The notes under the pieces were generated by a model. It saw nothing but the letters and a program-made list of their open reading frames with translations. It did no database searches and was not told where the DNA came from. A program made the translations under genes and the position numbers. A stretch of 64,000 nucleotides of DNA from Amphiscolops sp. MND2022 (taxonomy: Eukaryota): contig OZ076409.1 of assembly GCA_964187785.1 (NCBI GenBank), positions 55,988,001-56,052,000 of the forward strand, in the 5' to 3' direction. Shown piece after piece: positions 13,808-24,877 of this stretch (the first letter of the stretch is position 1; each line of letters opens with the position of its first letter).

Positions 13808-13978
13808 CGAACACACGAGAGCTTGGATATCACAGTGTGAAACTGGAGAAAAATCTAGTCATTGTCGACTCCTTCAGTCGGGCACGTTTTCTGGCAATTG
13901 TTTTCAAAAAATCTCGTAGAAAAACAAACGATCTGACATCCGAAAAGGTACAAGGTAGAATGCTCTTCAATTGAAAGA

Positions 13979-14314
13979 TGTGCAAACCGGATATGAAGGA
14001 CGGGCTAAACTGTGACGATGTAACGATGGCGTCACAACTAGAGAAAAAATTTCAAAAAATAACGCGTTTAATCAAGCTGACCCCAAATTCGGGAAGCTCT
14101 GATATTCATACTTGAAGGTGAATCAAGTTAGCAAATTTTAATAATCAGACAATGGAGTGTCTTTCGACAAAAATATGGAAGATCTCAACCTAAGAGCTTC
14201 CCGAATTTGTGGTCAGCTTGATTAAACGCGTTACTTTTCAAAATTATTTCTCTAGTTATGACGCCATCGTTACATTGTCACAGTTTAGCCCGTCTTTCAT
14301 ATCCGGTTTCCACA
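13979..14314. mobile_element. Fold-back MITE with ~120-bp TIRs
   Basis: tgtgcaaaccggatatgaaggacgggctaaactgtgac...ttcgggaagctct is the reverse complement, with few mismatches, of agagcttcccgaa...gtcacagtttagcccgtctttcatatccggtttccaca. Confidence 0.85.
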
Positions 14315-15539
14315 GTAATAATAAACGAGCACACCTGTGTAAATTTTCTACTTGTATACGTTTGTAAAAAAATTTACGAACGCGTTTGTAGTGAATAGTC
14401 AGTCTTAATGAGTTTTCAATACTTAAAAATTCGCCCTGATTCCTTCTCGCCGATAATTCCTGTAGTTCTCACAAGTTTTCGAAGATATGTGTAACTTATT
14501 GCACTCAAGAGTTTCAACGCAAGCAAAATGTTCAGCAACAGAGTAATTTATTCAGGTCTGCGCTCAAGCGAAAAAAAACTAAGCATCACTTGAAAAAATG
14601 GACAAAAAATGCGTACAAGAAGCGCACGATAGTGCTCACAAACGTTGATTAAGACATTACAAACAAGCATACGTTAATTTTTAGTAGACAGACAGACACA
14701 TGTACTTAGACGAATTGAAGCCAAGGCGATATCAATTCGAATGCATCCAATTTTTGGACACGATAATAATTAAAATCGAAAGGCAATTCAAAGATATCAT
14801 TGCAGTAATTTAACAAATTGTGCGAAAGTTGATTTAAATCAAAGAGTAAAATCTTTCTCTGGCTACCGAAAAACACAAAAAGCAGCCAACGAATGAATTT
14901 CAGAACTTTGTGAAGAATGTTCAATTCGAGACTTTTGAAATGAACAAATATTTGGATACATGTTCGAAGAATACGTTACATAAAATAAATAAAAAGCAGC
15001 AAGCCACCCGATTTCATTCGAGCAAAGATGGGCGGTAAAACACCTCAGTGTCCAATGAATAATTTAGAAAAATGGCCTGGGCTAACCAGCAAATAAGCTT
15101 ATAAGCAAACAGGCAATGGCGCTGACTGAATTATATAATTCCAATAAACACAATCAAGAATCATGAAGCAAACCATCGGAAGAGTATCTTTTGAAAAACG
15201 CGACGGAGTTTTGGTGAGTTAAGAAGTTAAGAAGAAAAATGTAAAAAAAAATCATAGTTTTCATAATTATTCAATGATGGTTTTCAACAGTGACATAAAT
15301 TTCACCGAACTTTGATCCCAAAAATTCCATGCATGACCCTGTGCTTTTGTACAACTCCTTCGATGAACAACTTGCTTTTTATCGCTTTTGATTGTTCGTC
15401 ACGAAGGAAGCGCTGCTCTCGACAAAGGCAAGCATTATTATTTCCGCCCACATATAATCTAAATCTGTATTGCGTTTTTTTCCAAATTCTGCCAAATCTC
15501 CACGATGGAGTGGATGGAGACTTCACTTGACTATTTTAG

Positions 15540-15623
15540 TTACTTGGTAGCACAGTTGGTAGCGCGTCTACCTGGCAGACACGAGGTCGTGGGTTCGAAT
15601 CCGTGCTGATGCGTTACATTTTT
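15540..15623 (+). pseudogene. tRNA-derived sequence (SINE head or tRNA pseudogene) with Pol III A and B boxes
   Basis: A box TAGCACAGTTGG (15548-15559), B box GGTTCGAATCC (15592-15602), tRNA-like spacing and a T5 run after it, but anticodon, T and acceptor stems do not pair. Confidence 0.65.
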
Positions 15624-15661
15624 AGCGGAAAATATCCCGGTGCTTAGAGGGCGTATTGTTA

Positions 15662-15913
15662 GGTACTCCTGACTAAGTGTGGTCCCGAGCGATTTCACCT
15701 AACTAAATGTGGTCCCTGCATATTTCGTCGGAATTATTGTTATAACGTCGTCAGCTATGTCCACATGCCCCTGGTGCTCCAAATGCAGGAGCGAAGAAGA
15801 GCGACTTGCCATATGGCCATGCCTCAATGTTGCTACTTGGCGAAGGGAGCGAAGCGACCGATCCATACAACAAATATGCTATTTTCTAGGGACCACACTT
15901 AGTCAGGAGTACC
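15662..15913. mobile_element. MITE with perfect 25-bp TIRs
   Basis: GGTACTCCTGACTAAGTGTGGTCCC (15662-15686) / GGGACCACACTTAGTCAGGAGTACC (15889-15913); TSD unclear. Confidence 0.8.
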
Positions 15914-16714
15914 CATTATTACTTTTAGCTTGGCTCCAAAGCTGTCTCAAAAGCAGCCACCAACATGTAGCCTTCGAAGGATAGCCAAGAAAACTCAAGT
16001 TAACAAGTTATTAATACAAAAGAGCAAACCCAAAAAATAGTAAATTAGTTTTACGATCAAATTTTCATATTATTAGGCTAATCTTGTGAACCTGAAAACA
16101 CAACGCGCTGGAAAAGTTTTGAAGTTGAACTTTTCAGTGAACCGATTTCAAACATTTTGGCGGTGAACATGAAGAAATTTTCACATTATTCCTACAAAAC
16201 TGAATCGCCTTAGATCACTGCTAGTACACCTGAACAACATTGACCGGGGAAAATGATTGCGTTAATCTCGAAAAAAATGTTTGCAGTCAAATAATTTTCA
16301 ATTAGTGGCGACTATATTATTAAGTTTTCATCAACAAAATGAAATTTTCCTATTAATGTAGGCGAAAAAGAAAATGGCGGTAGAATAGATTGTAAGCAGC
16401 TGTTTAGCAAAAAATCAATGAGTAGCCACTACTAGTTTGTTTTGAAAAAACAATTTTTCCGACAACTCGGAGCGGAATAAGTAACAAAAAGCTTTTCAAT
16501 TAGAAGCCGCGGCTAATTTACAAAAAAAATATTCGGACAATTGCGGCTGTTGCGATAGGAATTTTGAATCATGAGAGTATCCAGGTTTATTTAATCATCA
16601 TGGTTCATTCGTGGCTTTTCATCCATGATCTTGGCTTTTTCATGGCGTTTTATTCGAATCAGAGCTAATCATCCATGGTCATCCATGGCATCGTGACTTT
16701 TCTTAGAGTCCATC

Positions 16715-16886
16715 GCTCGAAAATTGAATTGTCGTCGGCAGCTTGAGAAATTTAATTCTCACGCTTACAGTCACTGCCGAACAAAATATCTGAATTATTC
16801 AGTATCATACGAAGAATTGTACTGAAAAAAAAATAGACATTTCAAGATTTCAATAATATTCCTGCTAAAGCAGAAACAATAAAAAA
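16715..16886 (-). mobile_element. Helentron-like family C, 5' fragment
   Basis: Matches 3230-3386 (cacgcttacagtcactgccgaacaaaatatctgaattattcagta...ttcctgctaaagcagaaa). Confidence 0.7.
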
Positions 16887-17045
16887 GTTGCTGTTAATTT
16901 CCAATTGTAAAAGTGCGATGAATTTTTGGGGCAAATTTATTTTTGAGGAATATCCTACGTGACGTGGCGTTTCTCTAGATACTCCTGTTACTGAAAAGTC
17001 TGCTGAATTCGTAATTCCACATTTCTGAGAATTCTGAATACCATG

Positions 17046-18608
17046 CAGGGTTGTCATAAAAAACGTTTTTTACGTAAAAAACAAACAAACATGTATTTTA
17101 TCGAAAAAAACACGTTTTTTTGGTTTTTTATGTTTTTTTCCTCCACTTGGTCAATGGCTCATTGAAAACAGAATTACAGCAAAATATTCTTCGAATTCAA
17201 TCCGATATTGAATTAAACATTTAGCTGTCGGTACAAGAAAGCCAGTTTTCCGGCCTTCTGGGAATCCAGATTTGCTCGGAGCTTGCCGTAGCTCATGCCA
17301 AGCGTTGAGAACTGTCTCTCCAAGCCAGCTGAGGAGGCCACAGATGCAACCAGTGCTCCAGCTGCTTCCGCAAAGGCAGGATTGAATCCCATCTTGACAC
17401 CGGATTTCCACCAAGTGTCGGGTTTAAGCTCTTTGTATGCTTCCTTGAACAAGTTTTCCACGAACGGCTGATCGCGTGCAATTAACTTCGATGTCTCAGC
17501 AAGATAGAGTTCGTCCATTTCGCCAATATATTCCATAGCTTCCTGTACTTCAAGCGGAGAGAGTTCGTTCCCTGTATACCTGTGATCCAACAGATTGGCT
17601 GCAAGTACCACTGGATTTATTGCCATCTTCCTGCGTTTCTCTAAATGTATCGCAAATTGATCTGGGGTTTGCTGAGCAATTTTGCGCCATATCTCGTACG
17701 CCTCTCCAATTGTACAGGAATCGCTCTGAAAGCGATCCAGTGCATCACCCAAAGGCTTCAGGAATGCTAATGCGTCAGATGCTGAACGTTTGAGCTGTAT
17801 CTCCTCCATATTCCTGTAGACAAGCGCAGTTCGTGTAAGTCCAGATTCGTTGACTATCTCGGCTATAGAGGACCAGTGGGTCACAAAGTAGCTGAAGCTG
17901 TCCAAATACGAGTTCCATCTCGTCTCACATGGCAGATTGGGTCTCGGCAGTTTTTTCTCTGCAAGAGCCGAAGATCCAGCGTGAGTCTGCTTCAGAAACT
18001 TGAGAACGGCCATGATCTTGCCGGAGACTGACTTGAATTCCGTAGTGTTCAGCACGTCCTTAACCAGAAGGTTAGCGATATGCGCATGGCATCCGTAAGT
18101 CTGAAGTTTTTGATCCAGCTCCTTGATACGTGTTCGCATGGCTGCCATGTTTGCAGCATTGTCACTGACAACACTAGTTATGTTGACTTCCCATTTTTCC
18201 TGGATTTCTTCGATCTGATGCAGAAGCAAATCAACCAGAAATTCTGTTGTGTGTGAATCCCCGGTCGTGTCGATTGTATCCACTAAATAGCAGTTCCCCG
18301 CCGCGTAGATACAGATTCCAATAATTGGTTGATTTGTAATTGTCGACCACCCATCGATTGCAATAGTGGCGCTCATTCCACTTATCAAATGTTTCACTTT
18401 GGCCTGCTCTTCCTCGTAAATCTCATCCAGAAGATTTCCACCGATGTTGCGGCGATCCGGAATGATAGCCCCAGGCTTCTTTATCTGGAATACGAGTCAA
18501 CCAATGCTAATAGGGGTCTGAATGTTTTAAAACATGTTTTATACTCATGTTTTAAAACAGTTTTTTATGCTCGTGTTTTAAAACATGTTTTAAAACATGA
18601 CAACCCTG
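17046..18608 (-). mobile_element. hAT DNA transposon, internally deleted
   Basis: TIR CAGGGTTGTCAT / ATGACAACCCTG; perfect 8-bp TSD ATACCATG (17038-17045, 18609-18616); subterminal aaaacatgtttt repeats. Confidence 0.95.
17213..18480 (-). CDS. hAT transposase catalytic and dimerisation region, N-terminus (BED finger) missing
   Basis: Open frame with IDGWS, SDNAANM, YGCHAH (CxxH), ETRWNS, WW, SSAGLERQFS; the frame extends 5' of the listed ORF as KPGAIIPDRRNIGGNLLDEIY. Confidence 0.9.
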
Positions 18609-18822
18609 ATACCATGTAAATGTTATCAACTTTTGTTCTTTTCAGCTATATAAAATGCCATAAATTTTCTGATGTCTTATTAGACACTGGCTTTATCTTC
18701 ACAAATGCAAATATTACATGGTCTAAAGTGAACCAAATACATGTACCTTTATTTGAATGGCAATATCAACTGTTGGGAGAACTCATTTCAGATGCATGGT
18801 ATCACCAACGAAATACAAGTAA

Positions 18823-19370
18823 CTACAGTAGTGATATTGTTAAAAGCAATATAGGGTAAACCTCAAAATCGATTATCTCAAAAACGGCTGTGAATTTCGA
18901 AAAATGGTAAAATTAAAAGTCTCTCAGATTTCCATCTAGTTTACAAACATGTTTGTTTGAAAATTATGCGATGAAAATTGCAGAAGTTACGATAGGCCAT
19001 TTTTACACAAATGTAGGTCAAAATTGAGGTTTTTCTCACGTTTGGTCTCCTTTCGCTCAAAATGTTTGGGAAATTTTACGCTCAAATTGAACAAAATTTC
19101 CCAAACATTTTGAGCGAAAGCAGACAAAACCTGAGAAAAACTTCAATTTTACAGCTTATTTTTTCTAAGATTTTTGAATAATTTTAAATCAAAACATATC
19201 AGGGGCTTCAGTAAAATCAGGGGGTTGATTGAACTGAAGGCTCTGATATGTTTGGATTTTAAAATTCAAAAATCTTAGAAAAAATAAGCTGTAAATTTAG
19301 ACTTTTTTGGAAATACGATGTATTAAGATACGATTTTGAAATTTAACAACTTTAGAATGACTAATAGTGT
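18823..19370. mobile_element. Decayed TIR element containing two consecutive long hairpins
   Basis: Perfect stems 19050-19077/19093-19120 (28 bp) and 19148-19179/19264-19295 (32 bp); 18920-18990 resembles the interior of the MITE at 1604-2055; outer boundaries approximate. Confidence 0.55.
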
Positions 19371-19722
19371 TCAGATGACGTGTACAGTACTGTAATTGAA
19401 ACACTGCCCGCCCTTCATAAAATAGACTTCGTTATGAAAGTTTCGTCGGATTTCATCCGTTTATAAAATCAGCCCTTTGTGCAACTACAAAAATGCAACA
19501 ATATATGAGAATAAAGAATATATCTTTCAACTGAAACAAATTTTTTGGAACCGCGAACTACTTTAAGGGTTACTTTCCCCGTACCCCTCCACCCAGAGTA
19601 CACCTTATCCTTCCAAACCCCTGCCGGAAAACTGAAATCAAATTAATATTTGTTGTAAACTAAAACTTCCATTTTCGTCAATTTTTAGTCGCCGTTTTAT
19701 GAAATGAAAGGCGACAATTATA

Positions 19723-20923
19723 CAGTAGTATTTGCCTAATGTCACTTGCCCTAATAGCCACATTCTGCTAATGTCACATTTATTTTTGGCCCCGTTCACG
19801 ATAAATGTTTTAAGATGCAATTTTGGTTGTCTAATATCCTGGGGTGTGGAATTTTCAGACCGTGGCCCGAAACCCGTCGTGGCAAACCGTAACCCGGAAA
19901 CCGTAGTTGTGAAAAAAGCGAACCGTACACAATTCTAAAAAATACGACCGAATTGTTTTATACATTTAACGATTTAATTTTATATTATTCGAGCAAATTT
20001 CAACCAGTGAAGCGGCAGTCGAGCGAGTTTTCAGTCGCCATAAACTTGTTCAATCTCAAATACGAGCGTCCTTACGGGATGATATGGTTGAAAACATTAT
20101 GTTTTTACGCTATAATTTGCAGAGGGCATTCCCTCATTTGCCATTTTGGGGCAAGAAAGATACTGATAGGCATCAGTAAATTTCTTCATCAAATAACAAA
20201 GATTTTTGATGAAGAAATTTAATTATTTCTGAAGCAAACGTGTTTCTTTAAACCGTACATTGAAACCGTAAACCGTAGACGATAACCCGTAAACCGTAAT
20301 TTCAATTCAACCCGTACGGTTCCACACCCCAGCTAATATCACATTGCATGATGTCACAATTCGAGTTATTTCACATAATTATTTGGGTCCCAACTAACTT
20401 TAATTTGCCTAATGTCACATTTCTGAGAAAAGCAAAGTCTGAAAAGTTGATGGCACGGCTCATTTCTCAGAAATCTCGATCCTTCTCCACAAGAAAATTT
20501 TAATTTCTTAGAAATGTCACGATTGGCAAAAAGAACACGCGTGGAGATTTCTTTAGCTCCAAAGTATGAGATCGTTACTGATGATGAAGATCAAGTATCA
20601 ATTCCAACTTCAAACAAAGCGCTGAAATCATTACAAATTGTCGAAAACTTATTAGAAACTGTCATGGTAGCTACATGTATTTACAACTGAAACAATTAGA
20701 AAAGATGAGAGACTTCATTTCTAAAATCAGAATGCCACGCAGTCTTCGATAACTGATTTTTACAATCCATCTTAAATTTTAGAGATAAAAATTTGCGTAA
20801 TATCACTATTAACTTCAAGTGAGGCAAAATGTGATAGTAGACAAATTCAAATAATATCACATTCTTCTAATATCACATAAAAATCATGGTGCCGTGCGAT
20901 GTGATATTAGGCAAATACTACTG
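19723..20923 (+). mobile_element. Internally deleted pogo/Tigger-like element
   Basis: TA|CAGTAGTATTTGCCTAAT ... ATTAGGCAAATACTACTG|TA; taat(g/a)tcac subterminal repeats; residual C-terminal coding DDEDQVSIPTSNKALKSLQIVEN and QSSITDFY (20740-20775). Confidence 0.85.
19839..20332. mobile_element. hAT-type MITE nested in the pogo element
   Basis: 13-bp TIR CTGGGGTGTGGAA / TTCCACACCCCAG; 8-bp TSD CTAATATC (19831-19838, 20333-20340); aaccgta subterminal repeats. Confidence 0.9.
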
Positions 20924-23109
20924 TAGCGGCTTCTCGTCGCGTTTTTTTTCAATCCGGTCAAAGTGGCCATAAAAATTCTGAAAATTCTATAAAAATCCAA
21001 AAACATACAAAGGGCCCTCCCCTTTTATTTTTAAACATACTTATTCAGATTTCAAGTCGGATATGCGACTATTAGAAAAAATTGAAACTTCACAAAAGGG
21101 TGCCATTTTGGTTTTTTGATGTTTTAGTTGGAATCGGTCTTTTTAAGCCACAAGGGTCACCCTTTGGATTTTCTTCGGCAATGTACGACTCTTCTTTCTT
21201 TTCATTCCAGCAAAGTATTTTTATCACTTTTTCAGTAAGAAAAATGCACTTTTAAGCGCAAAAGTCATTTTTCGGCATAGAGACTGCATTTTTAAAAGTT
21301 AGAATAAAGCTTTTCCAAGCCCGAAATGCCCCCTTCTAGTTTTTTTTCCACTCAGCGAGATGGAAAATTATTTTAGAACCAGTTCGTTAAAGCGTTGAAG
21401 TACTTTGCTCATTTTGATCTTTAAGGGTTGCACTGACTTATGCCGTTCCCGATTTGTTCCAAGTCTTAAAATAATTTTAAGTTTCAACAATGCAAAGGAC
21501 ACTATTTTTAAACTTGTATCAAATTCTCAGTCCCAAAAAATACCACCAGGTATACTCATAAGACTCGGAAACCGCATTTTCCCCAACTGGAAACACAAAA
21601 ATCCAAATTTCGAAAAAAAAATTGGATCTTTTTTCGAAAGTCTCATAGTGCCGAAAAAGGAACTTTCAGCTCGCAAAACTTCTTTTTCTCAAGCCGAAAT
21701 CAGCAGTGAAAACGGAAGGGTACCCTCTAACCAAATGAAAGTTTCGGAAAAAAGACGCAGAGCCGAAAAAAGCCTTAAAAGGTCTTTTCCACAATCATTA
21801 AGAAAACTCGTCAGTTTCACAGGATCAAAAGTAAAAAAGAAGGCCACCCTCAAGACTCGAGAAACACGTTTCCCTCCACAAAAAACATCAAAAATCTAAA
21901 AATTGTGGAAAAAACTTTCCGAAAACTTTTTCAATAAAGTTTTACTTCTGTAAGTAGCATAGTGCCAAAATGTGATAGTAGACAAATTCGAATAATATCA
22001 CATTCTTCTAATATCACATAAAAATCATGGTGCCGTGCGATGTGATATTAGGCAAATACTACTGTAGCGGCTTCTCGTCGCGTTTTTTTTCAATCCGGTC
22101 AAAGTGGCCATAAAAATTCTGAAAATTCTATAAAAATCCAAAAACATACAAAGGGCCCTCCCCTTTTATTTTTAAACATACTTATTCAGATTTCAAGTCG
22201 GATATGCGACTATTAGAAAAGATTGAAACTTCACAAAAGGGTGCCATTTTGGTTTTTTGATGTTTTAGTTGGAATCGGTCTTTTTAAGCCACAATGGTCA
22301 CCCTTTGGATTTTTTTCGGCAAGGTACGACTCTTCTTTCTTTTCATTCCAGCAAAGTATTTTTATCACTTTTTCAGTGAGAAAAATGCACTTTTAAGCGC
22401 AAAAGTCATTTTTCGGCATAGAGACTGCATTTTTAAATGTTAGAATAAAGCTTTTCCAAGCCCGAAATGCCCCCTTCTAGTTTTTTCCACTCAGCGAGAT
22501 GGAAAATTATTTTAGAACCAGTTCGTTAAAGCGTTAAAGTACTTTGCTCATTTTGATCTTTAAGGGTTGCACTGACTTATGCCGTTCCCGATTTGTTCCA
22601 AGTCTTAAAATAATTTTAAGTTTCAACAATGCAAAGGAAACTATTTTTAAACTTGTATCAAATTCTCAGTCCCAAAAAATACCACCAGGTATACTCATAA
22701 GACTCGGAAACCGCATTTTCCCCAACTGGAAACACAAAAATCCAAATTTCGAAAAAAAAATTGGATCTTTTTTCGAAAGTCTCATAGTGCCGAAAAAGGA
22801 ACTTTCAGCTCGCAAAACTTCTTTTTCTCAAGCCGAAATCAGCAGTGAAAACGGAAGGGTACCCTCTAACCAAATGAAAGTTTCGGAAAAAAGACGCAGA
22901 GCCGAAAAAAGCCTTAAAAGGTCGTTTCCACAATCATTAAGAAAACTCGTCAGTTTCACAGGATCAAAAGTAAAAAAGAGGTCACCCGCAAGACTCGAGA
23001 AACACGTTTCCCTCCACAAAAAAACATCAAAAATCTAAAAATTGTGGAAAAAACTTTCCGAAAACTTTTTCAATAAAGTTTTACTTCTGTAAGTAGCATA
23101 GTGCCAAAA
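20825..23109. repeat. Tandem duplication, 2 x ~1140 bp
   Basis: 20825-21965 repeated at 21966-23104 with scattered substitutions; CAAAA microhomology at all three junctions. Confidence 0.95.
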
Positions 23110-23238
23110 AAACTGAAAATGGTCATCAATGCTCGCAAAACGCTTTGTTTCTGCTGAAAATTGAGGAAGAGAGTTCATGTTTGAAAACCAAGGATGACGA
23201 AAACAAAAAATTCAAAGAAAAGTCCTACATAAGATCCT

Positions 23239-23746
23239 AACAAGCGGAAACGGCCCAAGTCGGCGCGCCTTACAAGGGTCAAACAGGGTAGAGTTTCACA
23301 ACTGCCAAAAGATATTGTGAAAATTTTCAATAAATTTAGAGTGCCAGAATACCCAAAGGGATCCCCATAAGACTAGAAAACAGTTTTCAGTAAACTTTTC
23401 ATTAACAAAAAAGTTCAAACACAAAATAAAGAAGGAAATATCCTTGAAAGTTAAAGTTTTCGAAACTTTTTCACTCAGTCGCATAATGTCGAGAAACTCT
23501 ACGCGGACCTCCATGAAAGCTGAAGAGGGGCTTCGGTAAAAATTCAGAAATACCGACGTACACTGCTTCTCGGACCTCGTCACCAGGACAGAAAATACGC
23601 GATAACTGCTAGCCCAAGTGGCAAATAGAACTTGCTCGAAAAATATTTTGTTGTACTATTTTTGGTAGTTCAGGTGTGTCGAAAAAAAACTGACGAAAAG
23701 CCATGACTACAGCCGCTCTTTTCTAAAGAAAAGCGCCGACTAAAAA
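23239..23746 (-). mobile_element. HINE family A, full copy
   Basis: aacaagcggaaacggcccaagtcggcgc ... aagcgccgactaaaaa. Confidence 0.8.
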
Positions 23747-24074
23747 TAATCATTTTGAGAAATATCACAATCCCGAAAAATGTAAAACTCCAATTTCAAA
23801 CATCCAACAAAAAACTAACCGCTATAAGAGTCGGGAACATTTGTCAAAATCGCCGACTTAAAACAGGCTCTAAGGTGCTAAGCACAAGGCTTGCGAAGAA
23901 TACTAGTCTGACACGAAATACATTCAGGATAAAAATTATTTGAGAAGGAAATTAGGAAGTTTGCTAATGTAACACAGTATCGGAGTATAACGTAGACCAA
24001 CAGGGCAACTGTAAAGTTGAAATTTGAAGTTCACTTGCAGAAGACTAGATTTGTGAGAAATACTCATCATAAGG

Positions 24075-24860
24075 AAAAACGCTTCTCATGAAATGAGAAC
24101 TGTAACGAAACCAGAAAACAGGGAAGAGAAGATGGGAGACATTAACGAACCTGGCATTGTGTTTAATTTGGGGACGACCAATACTAACTATAGGGAATTG
24201 GAAATTGGAAACACTGACATGACACGCTAGGTTCGTCGGAGAAACATTGGAAAGCCTGGGCTCAAAATGAAATTGGAAGCGGGCAATTTCCAAAATGATA
24301 AGGAACCTTGATAGGGAATACTTTTCGTCGAAAAATAGCACTACTAAATTTTTGCTATGGGAAGGCATTGAGAGTGCGCGTGAAAATATTAAACTGGTGT
24401 TTCTGTCTCAGATGGCAGATGGTTGTTGACAGGTAGACTAAAACGTCGCATTTGATCTTTTCTGTAAAAAAAGTTATGACGAGCAATATAAGCGGGGTGG
24501 AAAACGAGGGCGCCAAGAAATCATCCTTATGAATGAAGCAATCAAGCCAATACCTCAAATGGTTCCCGGAATATTAATTGTCGAAGCGCAGGAAAAAGAT
24601 TCCAAACTCTCAAATTCTCCTAAAACGAACAATGATGGACCATTCCCCCGCCTGAATAACCTAGCACTAGAATCTGGAAAATTATCTAGGACATCCGACA
24701 GTGGACGGCGTTCTACTGTACCGCAGAAAACTAGGCATTAGAAAACTAGATTGTCTACAAGAGAGGCAATTAAATCAGGCATTTTGCAGTGGAGAAACTT
24801 TTACTTCATCAGGGATAGTCTCGAAGATATCGTTCATATAAAAACTGAGGAGGCTAGAAA
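24075..24860 (+). pseudogene. Highly decayed Gypsy-like pol remnant (RNase H to integrase zinc-binding region), probably continuing at 26550-27030
   Basis: Interrupted translations EKRFS*NENC, HDTLGSSEKHW, ISGVENEGA, IVEAQEKDSKL, LALESGKLSR, VPQKTR, GHFAVEK occur in Gypsy pol order; many stops and frameshifts. Confidence 0.5.
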
Positions 24861-24877
24861 GTCGCATTAGATCAATG

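Larger units (their letters stand above)
19682..21458 (+). mobile_element. HINE family A copy interrupted by a pogo-like element
   Basis: 5' end tttttagtcgccg...ggcgacaatta at 19682-19720 resumes at 20926 and ends gcactgacttatgccgttcccgatttgtt. Confidence 0.65.

Noticed and set aside
12400..14970. Large old inverted-repeat element (12540-12600 versus 14890-14960)
   Set aside because: Similarity too weak to define boundaries by eye.
15540..15623. Functional tRNA gene (GGC at the anticodon position)
   Set aside because: Anticodon, T and acceptor stems do not pair; kept only as tRNA-derived.
21405..23038. Duplicated 164-aa ORFs as paralogous genes
   Set aside because: Non-ATG starts, K/F/S-biased, entirely within HINE modules copied by the tandem duplication.
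24045..24558. Hydrophobic minus-strand ORFs as a membrane-protein gene
   Set aside because: Better explained as the antisense of a decayed Gypsy pol.
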